A DNA stretch of 54,319 bases from Phoronis australis (Eukaryota > Animalia > Phoronida). Under the pieces are notes generated by a model. That model was not told where the DNA came from. It saw nothing but the letters and a program-made list of their open reading frames with translations, and did not search any database. The DNA lies in assembly GCA_002633005.1 (NCBI GenBank), contig NMRA01001104.1, positions 1-54,319 on the forward strand. Direction: 5' to 3'. Below, piece by piece: positions 12,557 through 27,700 of the stretch. Position 1 is the first letter of the stretch, and every line of letters starts with the position of its first letter. The translations under genes were made by a program, and so were the position numbers.

Positions 12557-15500
12557 GCGAGATTTCCGTCTTCTAGAAATCCATTTCATAATGTAGTCTA
12601 GACTAGTTAATGGCGGCGTAGTTTACCGTTCAGCAGTAAATTCTTCAGGCACACTGGACTTGCATTGTTGAAAGATAAGACTTGTAAATCTGTTGTAATG
12701 ACGAGAATGTCAAAGGAACAAGGTCAATCAAGAACTGTATTGTACTGCAGACGAGGGGAGAACGAGAGTGGTGGAAAGATGGAACAGGAAGATGAAAAAT
12801 ACCATCTTTTTAGCCAATTCCACTACGGTAGTGGCGATGTTCTCAGTAATTCGGTTAATCGGTACAACAACGCCAGACATTCGCCCATTAAACTAGTGTA
12901 TATGTATGTATTCATGCCTAAACACAATGTAGAGGATATACAAGGCACATTTTAAAAACTTGAATTACACAAGACAAAACAGTAAGCGTTAAGAAAGAGG
13001 AAATCATCATTAAAATAAAGGCAACGTAAAATGTTTAGTCAACTAGAAGGGATAACTGGATAACTTTAATTCAATTCATCAATGAATTTATTTTTGTAAG
13101 AAAGGCAATCGACCCATCGCAACATTTAGCTTTTTTAGCACTGCCTAAACAAGGTCTCTGGAAATGAAGATTAAATATAGTTACAGAGGTAAACAAGTTG
13201 TAAATTATCATTTTCTAACAATAGTTCATGAATTTATACATGTATACGGAAGAATATTTTCAATAATACGTGTCAATGTAACTTTCTCCAGGTCCAAGTC
13301 AAAGTGAAAGGGTATTCGTCCTCAACAGTATTGGAACAGAAGGAACACGCTGTCTGCCGGTCAACCTTCAAGTATCTGCCTACTTAAATTCATAAGATCT
13401 GATTTGGCTAGCGAAAACCTACCATGACCATAATCAGAGCATGGAGTATATTTAAACTGAGATATTTTTCTAAATTAGATTCAATGTTAAAGTTATGAAA
13501 AATACAACTTAGTAGTAGAAACGTATATTTTGGCGCCATTTACCTTGCAAATAGTAATTCCTTATTCTTTGCGTAAAAAATTTTCTGGGGTAAATTTTCA
13601 CAAACGATGCTTTGATTCAACCAAACACCATGTTTAGGAATCGATAAATCGATAATATGAGACTATCCGAAGAAGCCCAGTTCGGTCAACACCCATCAGT
13701 TTAGTCCAAGTCCCACAAATTGTGATAATAATCTCCTCCCTTGATTTCCGGTTTGAACCAGTATTTCGTATAATGTTGATACAGAACTTGGTGAATATCG
13801 GCAACCAGTAACATTTGTTCAATACCGCATCATTTAAACAATAATTAGCTACACAAAACACTCGTTTATAAAATGTAATACACACTTATTCGACGCAATA
13901 TTTTTATCATTTTAAGTTGTATGCCCCATATTTCCTCACNNNNNNNNNNNNNNNNNNNNNNNNNNNNNNNNNNNNNNNNNNNNNNNNNNNNNNNNNNNNN
14001 NNNNNNNNNNNNNNNNNNNNNNNNNNNNNNNNNNNNNNNNNNNNNNNNNNNNNNNNNNNNNNNNNNNNNNNNNNNNNNNNNNNNNNNNNNNNNNNNNNNN
14101 NNNNNNNNNNNNNNNNNNNNNNNNNNNNNNNNNNNNNNNNNNNNNNNNNNNNNNNNNNNNNNNNNNNNNNNNNNNNNNNNNNNNNNNNNNNNNNNNNNNN
14201 NNNNNNNNNNNNNNNNNNNNNNNNNNNNNNNNNNNNNNNNNNNNNNNNNNNNNNNNNNNNNNNNNNNNNNNNNNNNNNGAGAGAGAGAGAGAGAGCGCTT
14301 AATCTAAATACACAATGCTGTCCATGTGTCTATAGGAAGAGTATCCTGCTCTGGCCAATACAGAACCGGAAAGTAAAAGCAGGTGCGCCTACTTTGAAAT
14401 AGATCTTCAAAAGTTTTGTCAGGTATTAACCAAAAAACATCATTGGAAATCGCCACCGTTTCTACACGACCAAGTGTCTGACATGTCCGACCTAATTTTT
14501 GATTTTTTAATATCAACTATTCAAAAATAGTGTTTGTCTGGAGAGGAAGACGGCGTTAAAAATAGAAATACAACGAATTTGGTGCGAGTCGTTCTTTGGT
14601 TAGAGAGAAGACGTTCCTAATGATTCTTTTCGAAAATTACTTAATTAAACAGTACACACCATGAATTTTTGCACATTTTGAATTGCCGATGTTCTCAGGG
14701 AGATAAGTGTGTGACAATCCTAGGTTGAGAATGGGATAACTTCAATTGTTTGACAATCGGCTGTGCACAACTGTCCGGTTTCAACAGTCTTTACCTACCA
14801 GTCCACTTACTTTTACGTGAAAAACACTTGTAAATGTGGCTTCTTTGTTTGCTCAAATTAATCCAAGACACAAGTGGACGAAACCAAGCCCATAGGGCTA
14901 AACAACTAAAACAGTAAAATAACGCAAAAATACTCAGTCAAAGACACCAAGGATTTCACTTAAGGAATATTGGTAATGTCAGTGTGCTCTACTGTGTACT
15001 GTTAGGCAGTAAAATAAATCTACCATAACATTATGAAAACTAAGTAAGGTTAGTTTAGGTTAGCATTGCTGTAACGAGTGACGCCTCGGACATCCGTTCG
15101 CCAGCAAAATCTTTCCTAACAGAGAACGTGTAACAGCCATCTGGGATTGCAGATTAGTCCATCACCCAAACTGATATTCATTTCAAACTTTACGGCGATA
15201 ATAGTCAACTCGAGGACGCTTAGCAAGCCTTTTCAACGGTACCGAGTTCACGTAGGCCCATATACGATCTTGAGATTAACCGAATCTCCAAGTTCATATT
15301 CGACACTCGAATCTGTGATTGAGTCTTCGTACGGCCTCCATTTATTTCTTGGTGCACCACACCAAAACTAAAAATTAAGCTAAAAAATCTGTATTAAATT
15401 CAGTTCATTATGAAAAAATTCGATGTCATGGCGAAGACTATTATTTGGGCTTAGGTTTCGAATAAAAGTGTTTGTGTAAAGATCTGTTTCATGAAGTTTT

Positions 15501-18397
15501 TAACAAAAAAGAAGCGGAAATAGTGCCTTTAATGTTTGGTTTATAAACTGTAAAATGAGATAAAAAATTGTTCCATGTAAGTCATTATGTACTCTGGGAT
15601 CATACTTATCTTGAGTTGGCACAAATGTAAAGTAGAAAATGGCAAACATTTTTCGAGTTCCATTTGGAGTAAAAATATTAGAATCCGGGCCCCGGAGAGT
15701 TTACAAGATTGAATGTCACCAGCATGTTCTTGTCAACTAAGCAGCTGTATAAGTCTAGTTCAGTTCAGGCTATTTCGAACTGGGCAGTCGAAACCAGTAG
15801 CCTGGCTAAAGTCCACAATCTTAAGTTTGTACCAAATGGCATTAGAGGAAACTCTACATGTACTCTTAGCAATGGTCCTTTGTAGTCTTTCTCAAAGGAT
15901 ATGATTATATTAACCATTATGTCTTCTAGTGACTGGTCTTCAAGGCCCACCTTTATTGATCAGTATTTTATAGCTGAAAATGTAAAAGTTATGGTGTTTT
16001 TAGTTTGCTTAATTTTCTTGCCATGAATGCGTTGATGCCGTCATTTGCGGGTCTAGTGCAGCCCGGCAATAAGTTGTTTCGTTGAGTTTTATTGACTTTT
16101 GAGTGAGCCTGTTCTCACGTTTAACTTTAGGATTTTTTAATTGTTTATTTAGTCAGTTTCGAATCCTGAGTTATTTGAATCTTCTCTTGATCTAGATTTT
16201 ATTTCTGGTTTGTGTGTATTTCTGAAACGTGCACCCATTTTCCTCTTGATAAGCTCATATCAGGTAATAGGCCTATATATGAAATAAAATTGACCAGTCT
16301 GTTATCAAAATTTAATTTTAATGGTTTACACTTCCCATATAGTTACCACCTCCGTCAATATCTCCACTTGAACTATCAGTGCGCTGGCTCGTTGTGCAAA
16401 ATGGGAGAATCAATGAACTCATGCCGTCCTATCGGAAGTGGCCGTTCTTATTGACCTCGATTAGTAGTTACGCAGTTTTGAAGCGCTACCTTTCGTTGAA
16501 TGAAAGAACTTCGGTTTTGAGAAGGAACAAAAATAAGCAATTTTCAGGTAAGCATGTACTTGTAAAATTACAATTTCATAAGAAATTGACTAATCATCAC
16601 TGGTAGGCTATATTGACCGCTACTTCAACTGGTCAATTGAGATGAACCAATGAAATGTTTTTTCTAAGTCAATAGTAATACCTTTGATCCTTCTTCACCT
16701 AGGCCTACATCCCGATGGTAGAAGCAATAATTGATCGCTGTCCTATTTCCACAACTCGATTGATCTGAGGATTAACGAACATTAAACCAATCGACTTGCA
16801 AGTTAATGAAATCGTATCACCCAAGGTAACAGTGATTTTATTACCTACACTGTAGTAGCCGCTGACTGTAACTCAGGTAAATTCTAACACCGAAAATCAA
16901 AACTTGCTCAACATTCTTTTTTCGAAACAAAATCATGAGGGATATACGTATTGAACGCTGTACAAACTTTGCAATACTACCATTACGTGATATTACAATC
17001 TAAGCCAAGTTCAGCCCTCACATACATGTTCATGTATAGCTGGAGATCGGTTCTATCCACGTTTACTTCGAATCAAAAATATAAACCAAAAATTTGCATC
17101 GCCGATTCATGATCACCCCACGTAAGAGGGATACATTTATTCGTGGGTGACATGCCTTCTAAAATATTCAACTTTGTTGTTGTCGTCCATTGATTTTTCA
17201 ACTGAGCGATAACGGCATCAGAGGCAAGTTTGGAAGTTATCAGTGAAAGCTTGAACTCCGTGGTGATCAAAGTGTATGCTTCACGAACTGCACAGACGCT
17301 CCCACTGATAATATGTACATGTATGTTCGCTTGATGTTGTTCCACGTGCGTTAGTCTTTCCTCTGCAGAATACGTCACCTCTCCAACACGTGTTCCATAA
17401 CTGCATTTGTTTACATCACTTTGTACATTAGGCTTGTGTTATTTCAATGTGGCACCTCCTCTGAACGTAAGCTACGGGCTGAAACTGCACACGTTTAACT
17501 TTAGAAATGTGAGAATGGAGTGCAACTGAATTTCACTAAATAATCATTTCTGTTTCAGTTGCACTGCAAAGATTCCGGTGAACTGGATATGATGAGCAAC
17601 GCTCCCTAGATTGCATCATGGAAAGCTATATCCGGGGACTCAGCGGACTTTTTGGTTTTTACTGTGATTTTGGTACGTAATCGAACTGTACAAAACCAAG
17701 TAAAATAGTTCCTGTCTGCGTGAAAACCTTTTTGAAAAGTACGCCTCAATGCCGAAATTGATCAGCGCCCAACAAAATCTACACAAACTAATGTAACAAC
17801 ATTTCAAGAATTATCACGTTCTTAGTTTCAATTTGGTCGCATCCAACTTCCCCACCTCACAAGTCTAATCACCTCCTGTTGACCCCGAGCACTACCTTAT
17901 CAATGGATCATTGGGGCAGGAAAATAGCGTGCACCACTTTATACGCAAAATGGGTGACTTTTTAAAATATAATACTACCTGCATCCGTGTCACCGCATCA
18001 GTTATCAAAAACACAAACATTTGCTCATTATGCCTGTTTAACCTATCCAAATCGTAGACATACGACGGTAGAACATTGTAATCAGCGCGCCCTCAGAAAT
18101 GTTCACGTCGATTTGTAGGAACAACTTAATGAGTGATAACACTGCAATTTAACCTTTACAATGGCGAGCATGTATTTCTTAAAAAACGACAAAATCACGA
18201 ATTAAGATATTCCGATTTCATGGACCCAGGGTATCTACTCTGTAAATTAAGACTTGGACTCAGAATTTTTCTAAATCGTTTGCTTACTTGAGTGGCTTTC
18301 GTAACTCACATGTTTAACCATCTTATTTATTATGAGATATTTTTGATTGATGGTAACCTCTGGAAATGTGACTAAACACTGAGCTTCTGCATATGGA

Positions 18398-18441
18398 TGC
18401 GTGTGCGTGTGTATGTGTGTGTGCGTGTGTGTGTGCGTGTG

Positions 18442-18471
<30 letters not shown>
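18398..18471. repeat. (TG)n/(TGCG) compound microsatellite
   Basis: Direct reading of the sequence. Confidence 0.95.
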
Positions 18472-18472
<1 letters not shown>

Positions 18473-20174
18473 TCATGTAATGTCAGGTTGTGAAAGAACG
18501 GTTCTACAGGTCTTTCTTTACGCCTCAAACTCTAACAGGGACAGTTCCTTACTTGCGAAATTGAAGTTTGACAACTTCAAGAACACCCCATATCAGTTGA
18601 GCTAACCAAGTATACCCGTAGAGTGGCACATACCTAAAGGGGCAAAAATAGCACCCAGTCCGCTCAGTCATCTAATAGTTGTCAAGGCAACTGAGGAAAG
18701 AAAAAGAAAGCCAGTCATCTGTAAAGTAAAATAAATACCAAGTGAAACAATAGTTACAGTTAGTAATGTCCCCTTGATTTGTTCATGGAAAAAGTAAACG
18801 ATCTCTTCAAATCAAATTTCCGCAAACACTGTTTTTGATAAAATTTAAAGAAATATTGTTAAAACAAATGGTATATTGTCACAAAAATGGCGTTTGAAAA
18901 TGAATTTTGCTTTCAAGGGGAACAATAAAAAGTGAGTTTCAGTTGCTAAATATCGCATTTTCAAACGGAATAAAATCGACAAAATCGACGGGCGTAGCGA
19001 GTGGTCTCAACTTCCATCGGCAGCTGGGTGTCCCCGTGTCTTCATGGGGCTCCTTGTGCTGATTACCAAGGGTAGCTGCCACTCGATTCTTGCCTGGGTT
19101 ATGCTAAAAATGGTGCTGTTTGCGAAGGATATCGACAAAGCGACTGCAGTGAATACTGTGTGCGTTCTGCTTCGACGATGCGCTGCGTTGCGGGAAGGTC
19201 CATATTGCCTAAAACAGCCCCAAATAGCGACTTAATTAAGTTATCTAAACCCACTATGTATTCGTGGAGTTCTGAAAACGCGTATGTTGTTTTAGATTTA
19301 TTACTAAGTCAGGTTTTGGTGTTAAATTAATACAAATCGGGAGTGAACTCTTAGTTAAATGCTCACTACGATTGGAAATTCAGTGCAAGTAGGGATCTGT
19401 TCTTGCAACGACCCCAATTTAAGTACTGATAGATATCTTATCTGCGCATTTTTTATTATACCATTAGAATATTTTGTGAGTCAAAGAGGGCTTCATAATA
19501 AGATTGAAGGTTAAATGGTCGAAATAGGATTAGTTCTCTGAGTAAAGAACGACGCAAATACGCAAAAGATTTAGGTACCTGAGTTGAGTCCCTTTTTGGG
19601 ACATTTTTATGCAACTGCGAACAAGCGGCTTCACAACATAGAGGGAATTACTTCGTAGTAAGTTCCAAAGATTGTGATTTTTTATGCTGTTCGTATTTTG
19701 CCATGTCGACACTGTTGCTGGAAATCTATTCGTCGAACTAAAACTACATGTCAAACTCTGACTTATATTTTGAGAATTCTTCACTCTCCCTCTGCGTCAG
19801 TCTGTGCTCAACAAAACTGCCATTCATGTTGTGCTGGAATATGTCACAACTGTAACTGCATACTTACCGTTTAAATTTCATTTTCACGCAGATGATAGCC
19901 CGAAAACATTGATGACATTTTCACAGTTTAATAAGTGTACTAACCACCAAGGCAAAATAAAAAGTCAAAGCAAATTTCATTTGTCTCGTTATTACTGCAC
20001 TTCTCACTCTATGAATGTTCACGGTTATAAGTTTGAATTTTTAGCATCTTCAAAACGAAACTCTGGCAATGGACATCTGGACAACTGAAATTGACTGCCT
20101 GGAATGGCGTTGGCATCAGATTCTGCAACAAAAACCTTGAATTACTATTTGTGTGTGCATCTTGTGCGGAAAAG

Positions 20175-20409
20175 CAGAGGCAGATCCACGTTTTCAGTAA
20201 GAGGGGCGGGTTTAGGATTCACGCAAATCCGAAGCGCGTAGCGTTACGCGTAGGGAAGTTCGGGAGTGATTTCTCCCCTCCCGTGTCAGATTTGTTTTGG
20301 TTTTTAGTACCAGATTTCGTTTTCCTGGTGATAGTTTTTTAAATTATTATTTTTGATGTTGTCCCGAGTGGGGGTTGAAACCCCTGAACCCCCGGTAGAT
20401 CCGCTTCTG
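20175..20409. mobile_element. MITE-like non-autonomous DNA element
   Basis: Imperfect terminal inverted repeats CAGAGGCAGATCCAC / GTAGATCCGCTTCTG (12/15 paired), with AAAAG on both sides as a possible target-site duplication. Confidence 0.5.
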
Positions 20410-23105
20410 AAAAGTTTTGGACATCTCACAATGTGCAGATTGTCTAACTGGCCAAGTGTCTACCAAACTGGTGTGTATGTAGAAATGCCATTTTTGTGCC
20501 TTTGTTTTAAGAAACTCACGGCTTTGCTAACAACTGGTTGATAACATTTGCTGACTACAAATTGGTCTTAATAGTCTTCCATAGTCCATTCAGAGGTGGT
20601 TTCGGGTTAGTGAAAGAATTGCAGATAGCTGTTGCATGAAACCAAATTTAAGTGTTTTCAGGTTGGCTTGCCACGACGTGATTACATAAGCATCGTGCTC
20701 TAAAGAGCTGCGAGTCTAACCAAACTAGCGTACACTTCTAGTTTGAGTAAAGAACAAGTTAAGGTCAAAGGTCATTTGTCAATGTGTGGGCTCAACCAAA
20801 ATTGAATTTCTTTGACAAAATGTGGATTTACACTCACGTTGAATCATTTGGCAAGTCTACCAACATAGGTGGGACTTCCGTTCCACAAAAAGGTGTCTCA
20901 AGGTTTTGCATGTTGCGGGGAATGTTTCTACAGATATTTGTGTTTTTGTTTTGAACCAGAGGTCCCGCTTTTTATATAAATTCCGATTTTAAAATCAGTT
21001 TTTCCGTTTTTTTTCTCGAATTTTGACCGTAACAAATTTTGCAAAAGGTGTTCAAAATAACATTTGTCTCTCCTTTTTCGATTTGTTACTCTAGAAAAAG
21101 GAATACATGTACCCTTACTCTGGGAAATAACAGTATTGATAACAGTGTATTCCAATATCACTTCTTTACTGTAACACACACAACGTACACGTATCGGGAT
21201 CACTAATATTTGCTTTCTTATGGTTAGGTTAATGTCTTGTTGTTGCTGCCTATTCTTTTAAACCGTTTTAAATCTACTTTAATTGCTGACCTTCTTTGGA
21301 CAAAAACTTGATAATTTGGGCAAACATATTCATGTTGCTCTAATTTAGTACAAGGATGTACACAAACATTTGAAATAATTATTTTGAACCTATGTCACCG
21401 GGTTATATGAACCCACTCTTTTAAGATTTTTGTCAGTGACCCTACAGTTTACCTTTGGATGCTCTCGTAGATTGACAATTTTATATGGCTTAAATAAAAG
21501 ACCTGAACTCGGGATGGATCATCTTCCTGAAAATGTGTACATTGGCTACTGAAGCCAAACTGCTTTAGAAATATGAACATTTGTTCACATACATTTAATA
21601 ATGTACATGTATTTACACAATGGTGGTTATTGTGTCAACGGGATGTCCCAAGTATATATCCTAATATTCAATTAACAACAAGATATCCTTAAAAACAAAT
21701 AACAAGTAGATATCCTTACAATACAAATAACATGTAGTTATCCTTACAATACAAATAACAATTAGATATCCTTATAGTACAAATAACATGTAGTTATCCT
21801 TCCAATACAAATGATNTAGTTTTTTAAATTATTATTTTTGATGTTGTCCCGAGTGGGGGTTGAAACCCCTGAACCCCCGGTAGATCCGCTTCTAAAAAGT
21901 TTTGGACATCTCACAATGTGCAGATTGTCTAACTAGCCAAGTGTCTACCAAACTGGTGTGTATGTAGAAATGCCATTTTTGTGCCTTTGTTTTAAGAAAC
22001 TCACGGCTTTGCTAACAACTGGTTGATAACATTTGCTGACTACAAATTGGTCTTCCATTGTCCATTCAGAGGTGGTTTCGGGTTAGTGAAAGAATTGCAG
22101 ATAGCTGTTACATGAAACCAAATTTAAGTGTTTTCAGGTTGGCTTGCTACGACGTGATTACATAAGCATCGTGCTCTAAAGAGCTGCGAGTCTAACCAAA
22201 CTAGCGTACACTTCTAGTTTGAGTAAAGAACAAGTTTAGGTCAAAGGTCATTTGTCAATGTGTGGGCTCAACCAAAATTGAATTTCTTTGACAAAATGTG
22301 GATTTACACTCACGTTGAATCATTTGGCAAGTCTACCAACATAGGTGTTATGCTAGAAAAAGGAATACATGTACCCTTACTCTGGGAAATAACAGTATTG
22401 ACAACAGTGTATTCCAATATCACTTCTTTACTGTAACACACACAACGTACACGTATCGGGATCACTAACTCTTGCTTTCTTATGGTTAGGTTAATGTCTT
22501 GTTGTTGCTGCCTATTCTTTTAAACCGTTTTAAATCTACTTTAATTGCTCACCTTCTTTGGACAAAAACTTGCTTAATTTGGGCAAACATATTCATGTTG
22601 CTCTAATTTAGTACAAGGATGTACACAAACATTTGAAATAAATATTTTGTACCTATGTCACCGGGATATATGAACCCACTCTTTTAAGATTTTTGTCAGT
22701 GACCCTACAGTTTACCTTTGGATGCTCTCGTAGAATGACAATTTTATATGGCTTAAATAAAAGACCTGAACTCGGGATGGATCATCTTCCTGAAAATGTG
22801 TACATTGGCTATTGAAGCCAAAATGCTTTAGAAATATGAAAATTTGTTCACATATATTTAATAATGTACATGTATTTACACAATGGTGGTTATTATGTCG
22901 ACGGGAAGTCCCAAGTATATATCCTAATATTCAATTAACAACAAGATATCCTTAAAAACAAATAATAAGTAGATATCCTTACAATACAAATAACATGTAG
23001 TTATCCTTACAATACAAATAACAAGTAGATATCCTTACAATACAAATAACAATTAGATATCCTTATAGTACAAATAACATGTAGTTATCCTTCCAATACA
23101 AATGA
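20332..23105. repeat. Tandem block duplication 20332-21814 / 21817-23105, probably uncollapsed haplotypes
   Basis: Near-identical copies, each ending at a single N (21816, 23106). Copy 2 lacks about 220 bp. Both end in a ~28-bp minisatellite (ATCCTTACAATACAAATAACATGTAGTT). Confidence 0.9.
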
Positions 23106-24411
23106 NTTCACATTTAATGAAAAAAATTAGAAGTTTCGAGTTTTTTCTCAATATTAAATTCTACAATAAAATGTGTGGAAAAAGGTGCATGTAAATATTT
23201 TTATTTACTCAATTACACTCATGCTGTTTCAAATTATACTTATAAAACACTACATTGACCAGGAATATGAACAAGATTGTATTGTATTGTAATCATGGTT
23301 CATTGTTGAAAATCAACAAGTAAAGGTAAACCAACAATGACTCTCCGTCCCTTAAATGTATGACTGCGAATTACGATTTTCTTCAACATTCTGTTTGAAC
23401 GCCCACATGATGACAATAAACTCCATATAAATAAACCTGTTACATTTCCAACATGCGCCTCCATCACCTCAGGAAAACGATAACACGTGGACATATCACG
23501 TGAACATACAATATAAGAGACACCTACGGGAACATCACCTGTTTGAGTAATTCCAAAATGTGTTTAATACGTGTTGCTGAATTGGGAAATCATTCAATAC
23601 ACGTATATTTAAAGGGGAGTGTTCCAGTATTTAAAGTCACAATTGTAAATATGGTTACGTGACGAACATTTGCAGACGTGTATATTTTCGCATCTGTACA
23701 TGTTAATGATGCGCATTTCCGCTCGTTTTAGTTGAGAATCTCATAAGCAGATATTGACGCAAGTCAGTTTAGACAAAACATGATCACTATGCTCATCCAA
23801 TACAACTCAAACTGTGTTCAAGGTTATATTGCATCACCACCCAAAGTAGCCACCACTGTGAGATACAGTTGACCTATGCATTATGGGTACCCACTCAACT
23901 GTCGCCATATGTTAAGAGGTTTCCAAGGCAACCCCGCCCACATTGGAAGTTTAGCAGTTAGAAACGCAAAGTGAAGTTACGATTTTTCAATATTTTCGTG
24001 ATTTTTTCAAGTAGCAAAACTCACATGGTGTTCTGAAAGTATGAAAGTAAGGGGAGATGTACCTTTCAATTAAGCTAAATCTTTTCTTTTCTCTGATTGT
24101 AATGACTGTACTATATTGGCAAAAATCCACTCACTCGACAAACTTACTTTGACGCAGTTACCAAATATAACGAAGATCATGAAGATATAAGAAGCAATAA
24201 AAGAATGTGCTACAGCTCTGTAAATAATGTAATTGCGAGTAAAATGCAATAATAGAAAAATGAAAACCGTTCCCAGTCAGAGCCCCGTAACTGCAGATTA
24301 AATAGTGACACATTGGGGAGCTCAAAATTCAGTGAAAGCTTTGACCAATAGCAGATGTAGCTTCTGGGTCATGCTTATTGGTGATTTTGTGACCCATAAA
24401 ATGCCCGGGTT

Positions 24412-24762
24412 TCAAAAAGGTCTTCCGTTGGGGAAAATTTCCATGCATAGTTGTTTATCACTGTCGCTTATGGAGTCGTTCATGGAGTCGTAGATGGCCT
24501 CGATGCAAATCCCTTGTTCAATCGAACGAGGGGCAATTTCAGCAATCGAAACCGTATGAAAGGGTGGAACAGCCGGAAAAATCAACGCGTGCACCACGGC
24601 CACACTGGCTTCCTGTCGCTCGTCAGGTACAAAGCCTGGACAACCGGAACTACCAGTACCAAAATTTGAACTGGTTTTGTAAAGGGCTCTGCAACTATCA
24701 TCTAACTTCGGGTAGACGTCGAAGCCAAATCTATCTTGTGACCACTGCTTTAGCTCGTCATG
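24412..24762 (-). CDS. Terminal exon of FAM111-like protease (catalytic Ser)
   Basis: Acceptor TATTTCAG, phase 0. HDELKQWSQDRFGFDVYPKLDDSCRALYKTSSNFGTGSSGCPGFVPDERQEASVAVVHAL...RSIEQGICIEAIYDSM...EIFPNGRPF*. GSSGCP and SIEQG resemble FAM111 GASGSP and IIEFG. Confidence 0.88.
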   Translation of the reverse strand, partial: HDELKQWSQDRFGFDVYPKLDDSCRALYKTSSNFGTGSSGCPGFVPDERQEASVAVVHALIFPAVPPFHTVSIAEIAPRSIEQGICIEAIYDSMNDSISDSDKQLCMEIFPNGRPF

Positions 24763-27700
24763 CTGAAATAGACAAGTTTATAAGCGTGGATGGTGCTTAA
24801 GATAAAGTTTTATAAAAAGAATACAATTGACTGGCTTGTGTGACAAGATTATTGTAGTTATATTTGAAGGAGAATCATGTCCGCTAACAGGTGTACCCTA
24901 TCGCAAGCCGTTCGGCGGAAAACGTCGCCAGTAATGACGTACGAAATTACCACCGAGACTTCCCTCGTGTTTTACGACCGTGATCGTTATACATGTATTG
25001 AAAGAGTAATTTGAGGGTGAGGTCTAAAGAAGTTGTGCTTTCGTAGTTTTACACTCGCATTTTTTGCTCCATATCTTACGCTCGTATTAGTAAGCTCGTA
25101 ATTTTACCAAGACCGGGTCGTTATATTTAGGTCATGCCAGTCAACGCCACTTAAAACTCAGTTGATACTGTTTTGTGGCGCAAATGGTTTGTTATTCAAA
25201 TGTATTGAATAAAGAATTCGCGACTTACCACCATCATTTAGAAATTCGACATCATTACACCCCCCCCCGAAAACCGTGTTGAACCTAATATGCTTTTTGT
25301 AATGCCATACACTGTGCGACTGTGTGCGTCATCTGCACGAACTGCTAGGAGTAAGAGAAAGAACATTCGCCTAAAATTTGATAGTGAGAAAACACGGTAA
25401 CACAAAAAGAAACATTATCAGACTGCCTGCTAGACGTACATTTTGCCACCTCGGTGTGTACTAAAACGGACCAAATTCAAATGCCTGTGATGATTGGGTC
25501 AGCGAGTCAAAAATATCAGCCAATCTTGGATATTTGTCAATCTTTTGCACTTACATACTTTGCAACCGAGATTTTACGAGCGTAAAATTACGGGTGTACA
25601 AAGACTGCTTCAGACCTCATGCGACCTTCAAGTCAATTTGTCATTGGATTACTTTACCAGCCAAGTTTCGGTCGTAAAACCGAGCGTAATTACTAATCAA
25701 CAACATCCGTTGTGAAACACGAGTGAAGTCTCTGTCGCAATTACTAGCCTAGTTAGGGGCGACACTTTCCAACGAGAGGCCAACCATAGTACCCACCAAT
25801 CCACTGGCAACGTGCCACAATACTTCTGGCTGGTTTACAAAAAACTGTTCCTTATATGGTCAAGCAAGTGTTAGGATCGCGCTATCACCAAACTGTTCCA
25901 TGTATAGTCATGTATATGAGTGGGTTAAGCTTGTACCACACTGTTCCTTATATGGTCATATGTGAATAAAGCATTCATCAAATTGTTCCAAATATGGTCA
26001 TGTAGATGTGTGGTTTAAGCTTGTACCGAACTGTTCGCTATATGGTCAGACTGTTCCATTTGTTTGGATTATGTTTGCATCAAACTGATTTGCAGGGAAG
26101 AGATTTCTTTATGTATGCCACAACCTTTGCAAATGAACTCGGGCATAGTAGTTCTTAGCACATTTTGGCAATAGTTTCGTGTATTTGCAGCGGTGCCTTC
26201 TTCGCTGGTTTAGTTTGTGATTCATTACATCCATAGAACAATACACTTAAACTTAACACAGTTTTCATCTTGTGCCTCACAGTTTATTTGTGCATGTGAC
26301 AGGGTCGAATAGTATTGCAAACAATATCTGATCATTCAATACCACAGGCCTACCTTTGCGCGAAAGTCGCTCGTCTCCATTTGCACAACACCACACCTGA
26401 TATCAGCAACTTTAAAATCGCCGTCAGGGTGACCAGCAAAGTGAAGTTGTGTTTCTTTGTTTATCTTCTTAAACCTTGTAAGAGGTGGCGGTAGAGAGTC
26501 CAACTTCTTGCAGCCTTCTATTGAGCGGGGAAGAGGTGCCTGTAAGTCCAACTTCAAAACAGCCACGTCCAGATCATCGTTAGAATACACTAGTGAGTCG
26601 ACACAGCAGCCGGCAACTGACTCGAGTCCAAGCCATTTTGATTTGTCGTAATAAAAGAGCACTGCACTCTTTTTGACTGAAACGAACAAGTTGACACGTG
26701 AAATTCCGAACAGTGTAACCTATTACACTGTTCATGTGTATGGAAATAAACAGTGTAACTGGTTACACTGTTTATTTCCATATACATGTAACATACACTG
26801 ACTTAGGTAAACCAGCAAACTCTATATTTGAATTCAGCGTTTAGAAATATATCTAACATCGTATATCAACACCGTTTCCAAAGGGATTTCAAGCATGAGT
26901 GTAGTCAAAAGTAGCCTTTTAATAACCCGTGCAAGTTGTACGCTAACAAAAGGTGAAAGTGCTTTTTGGAAACATGGATGCATATTATGTTGCTGAGGGC
27001 TATCTTTGAAAGAAGTGCTGTCACTAAAGAGGCCACCCTCATTTTAAATACCACAGTAAATAAATAAACAGAAAAACTACATGATAGCGACCTCCACATT
27101 TTTTTAGGCATAACAAAGACACAAAACTTGAAAAAGAACGACAAATTGAAAATTTAATCAATGAAAAGAGACATCTGAGGTCAAGTAATAAAACTAACGA
27201 AGGCCCATGGGTCTCTGGTCAGGTTGTTTGGATCTCGTGAGAGCAATGCCCCCGTCTATGTATAACCTCACACTGAAGTCGTGATCGGTTCACTAGTGCG
27301 ATTGCTACTCAAACTCAAATCAACAAAATTCCGATATAAACCATACTCTGTTATGAGAACGGACTTTATTAACACGCCTATTTGAGAGTGTGAAACGCCC
27401 ATGTATTTTAATCTTTATTTACATATTGGTTGAGATAAGACGTTCTCCATCACGGCTTTACATCTGATGATAACGCGCCTAAACAAGTAATATCCATGAA
27501 CTTGATTTGAACCAATCATGAAGTGTCATTTCTTCTAGACAAGCCTTGTCTGAGATGAGACTGACGGAAAATGGCCTCGACCAAAACTTTGTGTAAGAAC
27601 AAACAGTTAAGTAAGAGATAATTTTACCTTTTGTTCTGAAAATAACATACTGTAACATAACAGTGTGCACTTGTTCGATCTCAAGAACAGTAAATCGTAC

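Noticed and set aside
13292-13371. Possible plus-strand exon after TTTCTCCAG
   Set aside because: No recognisable product or partner exons.
15750-15950. Minus-strand KLKIVDFSQAT resembling a kinase DFG region
   Set aside because: Isolated motif with no other kinase subdomains nearby.
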